Positions 17,472-25,091 of a DNA stretch of 37,846 bases are shown here, in pieces. The position numbers were made by a program, and so were the translations under genes. The stretch lies in IMG/VR virus record IMGVR_UViG_3300016665_000270, positions 1 through 37,846 of that record; one strand, given 5' to 3'. The stretch is from a virus (lineage: Duplodnaviria > Caudoviricetes). The first letter of the stretch is position 1, and every line of letters starts with the position of its first letter. A model generated the notes under the pieces. That model was given only the letters and a program-made list of their open reading frames with translations, did no database searches and was not told the DNA's origin.

Positions 17472-18100
17472 TACTCAATGACCAACAGATCCGCGCACGA
17501 TGCGAATGGGACGCTCCGCCAATGATATCGCCATATGTCTACACTCAGTGCCGTGAAGTGATAACCATAGACAATCCGTTGCAGCTTACCAGTCGCACTA
17601 CACCCGTAGTCAGCTATGGTCAATCATCATTCGGATATGATATCCGACTAGATGCTACTGTAATAGATGTGTTTAGAAGCGAGATGCCATTTCTTGGACA
17701 GATGATTGATCCGAAAGCGTTTGATGGCAAACAAACGCTAGTCCATCAACTGCCGGAACGTGATGAGACCGGGATCTTTTACACACTCCAACCCCGCGCC
17801 TATGCCCTTGGCGTAAGCGTCGAGACGTTCGATATTCCGCTCAACGTCCTCGGGATCTGTTATTGCAAATCAACCTATGCCCGATGCGGCCTGATGGTCA
17901 ACACCACGCCCCTCGAACCTGGTTGGCGCGGTCAGCTGGTCATCGAGCTGGCCAACCTGACCGACCTGCCGATGAAGGTTTATGCCAACGAGGGGATTGC
18001 CCAAGTGGTTTTCTTCGAGGGCGACCAGCCTTCAATCACCTACGCCGACAGGTCTGGCAAATATCAGGATCAGAAAGGAATCGTAACGGCGCGAATATGA
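17468..18100 (+). CDS. dcd: dCTP deaminase
   Basis: GTG start (ILNDQQI); VSYG.SSFGYDIRL, KSTYARCG..VNTTPLEPGW.G.L.IE..N, YANEGIAQ, Y....GKYQ.Q. Confidence 0.93.
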   Translation: MILNDQQIRARCEWDAPPMISPYVYTQCREVITIDNPLQLTSRTTPVVSYGQSSFGYDIRLDATVIDVFRSEMPFLGQMIDPKAFDGKQTLVHQLPERDETGIFYTLQPRAYALGVSVETFDIPLNVLGICYCKSTYARCGLMVNTTPLEPGWRGQLVIELANLTDLPMKVYANEGIAQVVFFEGDQPSITYADRSGKYQDQKGIVTARI

Positions 18101-18606
18101 GCGAACTTGCGATCAATACACGCGCAGGACGGGCGGCAGTCGAGCAGCAGCACCAGATCGAGGCGTGGCTGTCCGACTGCTACCCCGACACCTACACTGT
18201 CAGCACGCCATCGACAGCACCGGCGCCGTACGACGGGTTTCTGTGCCGTTGGGGTGAGGTTGTGGCGGTGTACGAGATCAAGACCCGCTTGACCTCAATC
18301 GAGCAGCTGAACCGGATGCCGATCCACCCCGGCTGTGTGATCCTGACCTACTCGAAAATCACCGAGGGCCAAGCGATCAGCCGCCAATTGAATGTGCCTT
18401 TTTTGTTTGTGGCATACCTTGAGGTTGACCGCAAATTAGCCATATGGCAAATTACAGAAAGTAACGGCGACCTGTGCCACCTGTGGCAATCCAGCCACAC
18501 TGAAACGCAGGCCACCATCAACGGGGGAAGGGCGGTCAGGCAAAACGTATACCTCCCCCTCGACAAGGCGCGGATCTTCCAGATTCAGCCGAACCGATAC
18601 TTATAA
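18097..18606 (+). CDS. PD-(D/E)XK nuclease-like protein
   Basis: 'PYDGFL...VAVYEIKTR'; ATGA-coupled start at 18097. Confidence 0.65.
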   Translation: MSELAINTRAGRAAVEQQHQIEAWLSDCYPDTYTVSTPSTAPAPYDGFLCRWGEVVAVYEIKTRLTSIEQLNRMPIHPGCVILTYSKITEGQAISRQLNVPFLFVAYLEVDRKLAIWQITESNGDLCHLWQSSHTETQATINGGRAVRQNVYLPLDKARIFQIQPNRYL

Positions 18607-18617
18607 CGGAGAACACA

Positions 18618-19274
18618 ATGGCATCAAACATCACTGACGAAAAGCGGAGCGCATTTGATTGGATCATGTTTCTGTTGATCCACGTCGTCCTTATTGGCGG
18701 CATCACCTATGCCGGATTCGCGATTTATGGCGAGCGGCTGGGCATCTGGGTGGGTGCATCCGCGTTCATCGCCGGAGTGACCAGCACCTACCTATACGCG
18801 AAGATCGTCCCCGGCGAAACCATAATGAAAGTCCTTCTCGGGCTGGCTGTGGCAGCGAATGCGGCCTATATGGTTCACAATGGGGCCAAGGCCATCGGCA
18901 TCAACGCCTACAATGACGCGCAGATCCGCAAATATGAGGCGGGGATGGCAGCGGCGGCGGGTGCCACATCTCGTGCGATCGCCCGCACAATTGGCGCATC
19001 GGCGAAGGATGCCTCGGCCATCGAAAAGACCTTCAGCGATGGCGTCTCGACTATGGCAGCTTTGCTGGCGTTCATTGAGATGAGCCTGGCGATCATCTTC
19101 TTTTCTGTGGCATCGAAGCGGATCAGCGCAATCAACCGTGGCAGCGCGGCTGACTCCCCACGGGTGGCAGGCTTTGCCACAAGCGGCACTCTCAACTACC
19201 CCTCACCGACGATTGCCACGCGTGGCAATGTGGGGGCCACAGACCCAAAAGCGCAGCCCCCGGCCCACTGGTAA
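18618..19274 (+). CDS. Four-TM membrane protein (short, non-frameshifted form)
   Basis: GGAG RBS; four hydrophobic helices; low-complexity C-tail. Confidence 0.85.
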   Translation: MASNITDEKRSAFDWIMFLLIHVVLIGGITYAGFAIYGERLGIWVGASAFIAGVTSTYLYAKIVPGETIMKVLLGLAVAANAAYMVHNGAKAIGINAYNDAQIRKYEAGMAAAAGATSRAIARTIGASAKDASAIEKTFSDGVSTMAALLAFIEMSLAIIFFSVASKRISAINRGSAADSPRVAGFATSGTLNYPSPTIATRGNVGATDPKAQPPAHW

Positions 19275-19281
19275 CCGGGGG
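19244..19281 (+). other. Programmed -1 ribosomal frameshift signal
   Basis: In-frame heptamer C CCA AAA (19244-19250), 6-nt spacer, then hairpin CCCCCGG...CCGGGGG. Confidence 0.75.
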
Positions 19282-19813
19282 GCCACCCATATGGCAAAAC
19301 TACGGCGTACCTGACACAGGGCCGCTTGCTCCACAGGTGGCAGCACTGCCACAGGGTCAGCGCGAGGCCATCACGGAGCTGATTGCCACTGCCACGTCGC
19401 CAGCCCCACAGGTGTCAGAGACCACGGCAGAACCGGACGTGGACTGGCCGGAAGAGTTGCCACAGATCGACAGCGGCAAGCTGGCATCTTCCACGGGTGG
19501 CAAGGTCGAGGTGGCAACACCTGCCACGCCAGCACCAACCGAAGCCCCACAGGTGGCGGAGGAGGAGCAGGGGCCGCAACTCCCGCCAGCGTCGATCCGG
19601 CTGTCGGTGGATCACGTCAGGGTGTCAGAGAACACCTACGCTTTCCGACTGCGGTGGAGCAATCCGGCGGGGGTGTCACCCAAGCGGCCAGCCATCTATT
19701 ACCAGTGGGTCAGAGAAGACGTGTTCAGGATGATAACAGAGGATAAAGAATCTTATGGACGTTACAAGAATCAAATCATTGCGCAATTCACTGAGCAGCA
19801 GGAAGCCGTTTGA
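19250..19813 (+). CDS. -1 frame extension of the membrane protein: Pro/Ala/Glu linker plus small beta-rich C-terminal domain
   Basis: The -1 frame is open from 19154 to 19813. The annotated GTG at 19337 has no SD. Predicted fusion is ~398 aa. Confidence 0.7.
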   Translation, partial: SAAPGPLVTGGPPIWQNYGVPDTGPLAPQVAALPQGQREAITELIATATSPAPQVSETTAEPDVDWPEELPQIDSGKLASSTGGKVEVATPATPAPTEAPQVAEEEQGPQLPPASIRLSVDHVRVSENTYAFRLRWSNPAGVSPKRPAIYYQWVREDVFRMITEDKESYGRYKNQIIAQFTEQQEAV

Positions 19814-20003
19814 CCCGATCACCCACGCCTGGGAGATCCCCGCGGCCTTGTTTGAATGCAAGCAACTCGCAGTAGATGGCAAGAATCTTGCCTTGCTTGC
19901 GCTTCTGGAATCAATTATAACCGTCTCAGGGGCTGACAAAAGGACTTGGATCGACCTTCCCCGGCAGGTCGCGGAACAGGCAGCAGCTGGGAGGATTGAT
20001 TGA
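19755..20003 (+). CDS. Hypothetical protein
   Basis: Fills the gap and is TTGA-coupled to the next gene; start uncertain. Confidence 0.5.
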   Translation: MDVTRIKSLRNSLSSRKPFDPITHAWEIPAALFECKQLAVDGKNLALLALLESIITVSGADKRTWIDLPRQVAEQAAAGRID

Positions 20004-20815
20004 GTACCGACCTTCAGAAAATCACTGATCATCTCATCGTGGCCGGGTTTGGTGTCCTCGACGGACACCTCCCGGTCTTTACCTCATCAGCTTGGGAGGA
20101 TCACGTCCAAGCGTGGATGGACGCTGAATCAGAAGTGACCACCCACAGGTGGCGACAGGCGGCAATATGCGCCTCAATCTCTGTGCATTTCGGCGAGCAG
20201 TCCATCAAGCGGTTTGCTGAGTCTGTGGGAGTCCACGAACGGCGGATCTACGAATACCGCGCCGCCTATCAGCTCGCCACGCAGTTTGCTGAACGTCCCC
20301 CCAATCTCGATTTCACTCATTGGATCGTGGCCAGTGCCGCCGATGATCCCGTCGCCGTCATCGAGGAGGCAGCCGAAACCAGCCTGTCGGTGCGCGGACT
20401 GAAGAAGCTCATCGCCGAGCGCACCGCCCCACCAACGTCCTCGACCCTCCCGGCAATCGCCGATAATCCACAGGTGGCAGCAGCGTGGCAACAGTTCCGC
20501 ACCGCCTGCCACACGCTTTCCCACATTGCGCCAATCACTGCCACTGCCATCAATTACGCCCTGGAAGAGGTGCAATATGCTCTCGAAATCCCTGAGCAGA
20601 CTGTGGCGGAGCGGATCATCCATTGCATCGGCGAACTCGGCCTAACCGAACTGGATCCGATAGCGCAGACCCTCGGTGAGCATCGCGACAGGGTAAGGGT
20701 CTGGCTTTCGCGGATGGTCGAGGGTGGCCAGCTGGCCAGCCGTCGGCAGGAGATCGACGAACGCGCACCTGGTGCGCGGGGGCCAGCACGCGTTTACTAT
20801 TCGATTGCAAGCTGA
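20000..20815 (+). CDS. Putative DNA-binding regulator (LmbU-like HTH region plus C-terminal wHTH); candidate late-gene activator
   Basis: 'FAESVGVHERRIYEYR..Y..F.ER..NLDFTHW...SLSVRGLK' and 'IAQTLGEHRDRVRVWLSRMVEGG...GPARVYY'. Confidence 0.6.
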   Translation: MSTDLQKITDHLIVAGFGVLDGHLPVFTSSAWEDHVQAWMDAESEVTTHRWRQAAICASISVHFGEQSIKRFAESVGVHERRIYEYRAAYQLATQFAERPPNLDFTHWIVASAADDPVAVIEEAAETSLSVRGLKKLIAERTAPPTSSTLPAIADNPQVAAAWQQFRTACHTLSHIAPITATAINYALEEVQYALEIPEQTVAERIIHCIGELGLTELDPIAQTLGEHRDRVRVWLSRMVEGGQLASRRQEIDERAPGARGPARVYYSIAS

Positions 20816-20862
20816 TCGGTCGTCTAGTATCTTCCATCCGTGATTCCTTTCATTTGGACTGC

Positions 20863-20894
20863 AGGGCTTGTGTTCTACAAGCCCTTTTTGTTTT
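20863..20894 (+). terminator. Intrinsic terminator ending the early/middle operon
   Basis: AGGGCTTGT-GTTCT-ACAAGCCCT-TTTTGTTTT. Confidence 0.85.
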
Positions 20895-20980
20895 CTAATC
20901 TCACCCGTCAAAAATTTCCGTGTCAGCCATGATAAGCCTCAACCGATGCCGCTTTCGGTGTCATTGTGTGTTTACCACTG

Positions 20981-21004
20981 GGGGCGGGTGTCCGCCCCGT
21001 TTTT
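20981..21004 (+). terminator. Terminator-like hairpin immediately before the late operon
   Basis: GGGGCGG-GTGT-CCGCCCC-GTTTTT. Confidence 0.65.
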
Positions 21005-21019
21005 ACAGGAGGCTTTCTG

Positions 21020-21238
21020 ATGGAAAATCTTGGAAATATTGGAGTCTGGCTCAAGGGTTTAATTGCCGCTGTGATCGGTGGCGCGGCCAATGCGCTGACT
21101 ATGGTCATCGTCGATCCGCTCAATTTCAACCTCAATGAGGGCGTGGGCAACCTGTTGACGGTTGCCGCCACCTCGGCGATCGTCGCCGCGGCGATGTACC
21201 TCAAGCAGTCGCCGCTCCCCAACGTGGAGGGCCAGTAA
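21020..21238 (+). CDS. Putative holin (2 TM)
   Basis: AGGAGG RBS; 'WLKGLIAAVIGGAANA...YLKQSPLP'. Confidence 0.65.
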   Translation: MENLGNIGVWLKGLIAAVIGGAANALTMVIVDPLNFNLNEGVGNLLTVAATSAIVAAAMYLKQSPLPNVEGQ

Positions 21239-21711
21239 TGCGCCGTGCATCTCTCGCGCTGATTGCGCTGATTGCTTTCACCTCCGCTTGCTCCGATCAG
21301 GGCAAGCAATTCGCCGCCACTACTGACCGCATTGCCGGATATGTTGGAACGGGCCTGATCATCGTCGACCAGCAGACAAGCACTGGTCAGATGTCACCCG
21401 AAACGGGCGTGGCCATCGTGACGGCTCTTCGAGCGGTGAACACGCTCAATGGGCAGGTCGTCGACGAGGCCAAAAAGTACGTCGATGAGAATGGCAACTT
21501 GAAGCTGACCGGGGATGGGCAGGACAAGCTCCTGAAGATCCTCGACAGCTCGACCGTCGTCGTCAATGGCCTGATCAACGATGAGCGGGTCTTGTCGCTG
21601 CAGCCGACGCAGCGTCAGCAGATCACCCTCGTTGCAATGAACATCGGCGCAACGATCGCCAGCCTGACCGAGCTGGTCAAAACCGCCAAGCTGGCCAAGG
21701 GGGGCAAATGA
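21238..21711 (+). CDS. Lipoprotein (possibly spanin-like)
   Basis: MRR, hydrophobic core, then TSA-C lipobox; located among lysis-like genes. Confidence 0.65.
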   Translation: MRRASLALIALIAFTSACSDQGKQFAATTDRIAGYVGTGLIIVDQQTSTGQMSPETGVAIVTALRAVNTLNGQVVDEAKKYVDENGNLKLTGDGQDKLLKILDSSTVVVNGLINDERVLSLQPTQRQQITLVAMNIGATIASLTELVKTAKLAKGGK

Positions 21712-21890
21712 ATATCCTTCAAATCCTGCCGATTCTGCCATCGTTCATCCTACTGATCACCAACGAGATCCTTCGTGAATCAGCGCGAACGGGCAAAACG
21801 CCTGAAGAGCTGCTCAACGATGCGGGACTCCGCACCGATGAGAACGAGCAGAAGGCGATCGAGCTGCTCAACCGCCTGACTGGTAAGTAA
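21708..21890 (+). CDS. Small hypothetical protein
   Basis: ATGA-coupled; amphipathic. Confidence 0.65.
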   Translation: MNILQILPILPSFILLITNEILRESARTGKTPEELLNDAGLRTDENEQKAIELLNRLTGK

Positions 21891-22003
21891 CGCTTACAAG
21901 TTCACCCACCCCGGCATATGGGCGGGGACTCTGCAGGCGATCAGCCTCTCGCCGGGGAAAAGCAGAGATCTCCCGCCCACCACTACACACGCGGTACATT
22001 ACG

Positions 22004-22255
22004 ATGATCCCCGACATCCCCGGAAGTGAACGAATGGACAAAGACTACATTGATGTAACCGTCTCATCGATAATTGCCCTTATGGCCGGATGGCTGATCA
22101 AGTCGTTCCACTCAGCCAGTCGAAAGGATCTCGAAGAGGTCAAGCAGGAGATGCGCCATTTTGTGACCACGCGCGCCTTTGACAAGGAGCTGGCCTCGAT
22201 CTCGACCCGACTTGACAGGATCGAGGAGAAAATTGATAAACTGATGTCGCAATGA
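22004..22255 (+). CDS. Single-TM coiled-coil protein (holin/XhlA-like); start may be 22034
   Basis: One TM then 'RLDRIEEKIDKL'; coupled to terS. Confidence 0.6.
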   Translation: MIPDIPGSERMDKDYIDVTVSSIIALMAGWLIKSFHSASRKDLEEVKQEMRHFVTTRAFDKELASISTRLDRIEEKIDKLMSQ

Positions 22256-22692
22256 AGAAAGCAACCAGATCAGGCGGGAGGCCCAAGTCGGATAAACCCA
22301 AAGGCAGGCCGACCAAGCTCAACGCCGACAAACAATCCAGAATCCTTGAAGCCGTGCGTGAAGGTCTACCCTACACCACGGCTTGTGCATTGGCGGGTAT
22401 TCATTACTCGACGTTTGCCGAGTGGAAGCTCAAAGGCGAACAAGATCCTGAATCAGTGTATGCCGATTTTGCCATGGCGGTAAAAGAAGCAGAGGCAGAA
22501 GCAGAGGCGGCAAACGTCAAGCGCATCAGATCCGCAGCCGATAACGGCCAATGGCAGGCCGCGGCGTGGATCCTCGAGCGGCGTCACCCTGACAAATGGG
22601 GCAGGACGGAGCGCACCGAGCAGCAGCACAGTGGCCAGGTTGAAATCGTGGTGAGACGTGAGCAGAAGAGCGGCACAACCAAAACAGATTGA
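22252..22692 (+). CDS. terS: Terminase small subunit
   Basis: GRPTKL, HTH 'ACALAGIHYSTFAEW', 'WQAAAWILERR.P..WG'; directly upstream of terL. Confidence 0.8.
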   Translation: MKKATRSGGRPKSDKPKGRPTKLNADKQSRILEAVREGLPYTTACALAGIHYSTFAEWKLKGEQDPESVYADFAMAVKEAEAEAEAANVKRIRSAADNGQWQAAAWILERRHPDKWGRTERTEQQHSGQVEIVVRREQKSGTTKTD

Positions 22693-23878
22693 GCTTGTCC
22701 TGCCGACCCTGCACGCAGGCCAGCAACAGATTGTCGACGAGGCGCGGCGCTTCAACGTATTGGCCTGCGGTCGTCGTTTTGGTAAGACGATGTTGGGCAT
22801 TGATCTCCTGATCGACAAAGCCCTCGATGGTCTGCCGGTCGGGTGGTTCTCGCCGACTTATCGAATGCTTGGCGAGGTCTGGAAGGCGGTTTACGATACC
22901 ACCAGACCACTGCACGCGCGGGTGTCGATCCAAGAGCATCGAATCGAGCTGATTACCGGGGGAGTGATTGATTGCTGGTCGCTGGACGCTGCGGACTCGG
23001 TTCGCGGTCGCAAATATCAGCGTGTGGTGATTGACGAGGCCGCGATGGTGGCCGGACTCGGTGACGCTTGGCAGGCTGCAATCCGGCCGACCCTGACCGA
23101 CTATCAGGGGGACGCGTTTTTCCTCAGCACGCCGAAGGGGATCAACTTCTTCCACGAGTGCTACAGTCGCGGCATCGACGAGACGCAAAGCGACTGGCAG
23201 AGCTGGCACGCGCCCACTACGGCGAATCCGTATATTGACCCAAGCGAGGTCGAGGCAGCACGGCAGGAGCTACCGGAGCAGATCTACCGGCAGGAATACT
23301 TGGCGGAGTTTCTTCAGAACGAAGGCGCGGTGTTCAGGAATATCGATGCGTGCCTGTCAGCAGACAGCGGCGATCACAAGAACCATCGTCTCTTCGCTGG
23401 GGTGGACTGGGGCCAGCAAAACGATTTCACGGCGATATCGATCATCTGCGCGACTTGTCGCCACGAGGTTGAGCTTGACCGGTTCAACAAGATCGAATGG
23501 GCATTCCAGAGAGCACGATTGAAAGCCGCGCTGGATCGTTGGCGAGTGATGGCGGTGATGGTTGAAACCAACAGCATCGGCCAACCAAACCTCGAGGCAT
23601 TGATGCGCGAAGGCTTACCAGTGCGGGGATTCGAGACGACGGCATCGAGCAAGCCGCCGCTGATCCAATCGCTGGCCCTTGCGCTTGAGCGGGTCGAATA
23701 TCAATGGCTACCGGATCAGGTTGGGCGGATGGAGCTTTTGTCGTACGAGGCCAAACGCAATCCGACCACTGGACGTGTCACCTATTCCGCACCATCCGGC
23801 GGCCACGATGACACAGTGATGGCTCGGGCAATCGCGCTGGAATGCATGCAACGAGGAGCGGTGGGGAATGCTTACTGA
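22658..23878 (+). CDS. terL: Terminase large subunit
   Basis: Walker A CGRRFGKT, Walker B VVIDEAA, STPKG, nuclease GVDWG, HDDTVMA. Confidence 0.95.
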   Translation: MSRRAAQPKQIELVLPTLHAGQQQIVDEARRFNVLACGRRFGKTMLGIDLLIDKALDGLPVGWFSPTYRMLGEVWKAVYDTTRPLHARVSIQEHRIELITGGVIDCWSLDAADSVRGRKYQRVVIDEAAMVAGLGDAWQAAIRPTLTDYQGDAFFLSTPKGINFFHECYSRGIDETQSDWQSWHAPTTANPYIDPSEVEAARQELPEQIYRQEYLAEFLQNEGAVFRNIDACLSADSGDHKNHRLFAGVDWGQQNDFTAISIICATCRHEVELDRFNKIEWAFQRARLKAALDRWRVMAVMVETNSIGQPNLEALMREGLPVRGFETTASSKPPLIQSLALALERVEYQWLPDQVGRMELLSYEAKRNPTTGRVTYSAPSGGHDDTVMARAIALECMQRGAVGNAY

Positions 23879-25079
23879 GATCTTATGCGGGGATAACCTG
23901 CCGATATTGCAAGAGATGTTGGACAACTCGGTCGATGCAATCGTGACTGACCCGCCCTATGGCCTATCGTTTATGGGCAAGCGGTGGGATTACGACGTGC
24001 CATCGGTTGAGCTATGGGCCGAATGCCTGCGGGTGTTGAAGCCTGGGGGCCATTTACTGGCGTTTGCCGGGACGCGGACTCAGCATCGGATGGCGGTCAG
24101 GATTGAGGATGCTGGGTTTGAGATACGTGACATGATCGCGTGGGTATATGGGTCAGGATTCCCGAAATCGCTGGATGTGAGCAAGGCAATTGATAAGGCG
24201 GCGGGAGCGGAACGGGAGGTGGTTGGTATTGCTGGACGGTCAAAGATTGGTGGTGGCAATATTGCAACAACAGGAATGCTAGGCGGAGATTATTACTTAT
24301 CCGCCCCCGCAACCGATGCCGCCAAGCAATGGGACGGATGGGGGACTGCGCTGAAACCCGCGCTTGAGCCGATTACGCTGGCAAGAAAGCCATTGGCCGA
24401 ACGCACCGTTGCGGCAAACGTGCTGGAGTGGGGGACGGGTGGGGTGAATGTGGATGGGTGTCGGGTGAGCACTAGCGATTCGTGGACACGAATCGCTAGT
24501 GAGACGCCTTGCCATGAGGGATATGGCGATGGCGCGTTTCGCTTTAAGAATGCAGGGCAGATGCATACTCAAGGCCGCTTCCCCGCCAACTTCATCCACG
24601 ATGGTAGTGATGAGGTGGTGCGGCTGTTTCCGCAGAGCACCAGTGGCGCGAACCCGACGCGGCGCGGTGGCATGGGCTACCACGGCGCAGAAGGGCAGGA
24701 ATCCTGCGACGCCCCCCGTGGCGCTGAGAGCGGGTCCGCTGCCCGTTTCTTCTACTGCGCCAAGGCCTCACGGTCTGAGCGCGAGGCGGGGCTGGAGGGG
24801 GATAAATGCACTCATCCAACAGTCAAACCCATTGCCCTGATGCGCTACCTTTGCCGCCTCGTTACCCCTCCCGGCGGTGTCGTGCTTGACCCGTTCACCG
24901 GCTCAGGAACTACCGGCTGCGCGGCGACGCTTGAGGGTTTCGGATTCGTCGGGATAGAGCGTGAGGCCGAATATGCAGAGATCGCACGACGGCGGATTGA
25001 GCATTGGCGAGACGTGGCCAGCCAAATCGAAACGATTATCGAAGACGTTCAAGAAAAGTTATTCGCAGAAATGGTTTAA
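23868..25079 (+). CDS. DNA N6-adenine/N4-cytosine methyltransferase (beta class), orphan
   Basis: TDPPY near the N-terminus; HPTVKP and LDPFTGSGTT near the C-terminus. Confidence 0.93.
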   Translation: MLTEILCGDNLPILQEMLDNSVDAIVTDPPYGLSFMGKRWDYDVPSVELWAECLRVLKPGGHLLAFAGTRTQHRMAVRIEDAGFEIRDMIAWVYGSGFPKSLDVSKAIDKAAGAEREVVGIAGRSKIGGGNIATTGMLGGDYYLSAPATDAAKQWDGWGTALKPALEPITLARKPLAERTVAANVLEWGTGGVNVDGCRVSTSDSWTRIASETPCHEGYGDGAFRFKNAGQMHTQGRFPANFIHDGSDEVVRLFPQSTSGANPTRRGGMGYHGAEGQESCDAPRGAESGSAARFFYCAKASRSEREAGLEGDKCTHPTVKPIALMRYLCRLVTPPGGVVLDPFTGSGTTGCAATLEGFGFVGIEREAEYAEIARRRIEHWRDVASQIETIIEDVQEKLFAEMV

Positions 25080-25091
25080 GCGTAACAGCGT

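Larger units (their letters stand above)
18475..20479. repeat. Cluster of (TG)CCAC-N2-GTGG(CA) palindromes
   Basis: Copies near 18475, 19156, 19214, 19329, 19489, 19545, 20142 and 20466; one-mismatch copies at 19175 and 19404; many half sites. Confidence 0.8.

Noticed and set aside
15357-18096. Long N-terminal extensions given for thyA (15357), folA (16360), dcd (17366) and the nuclease (17863)
   Set aside because: They overlap upstream genes; RBS-supported or coupled starts at 15642, 16453, 17468 and 18097 fit better.
20909-20940. Fifth AATTTTCC-type promoter (AAATTTCCGTGTCAG)
   Set aside because: The octamer is imperfect and is not followed by a TTG -35 box.
21909-21979. HDV-like ribozyme
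   Set aside because: The topology is superficially similar, but I could not fit P3/L3, P1.1, P4 or the catalytic J4/2 strand.
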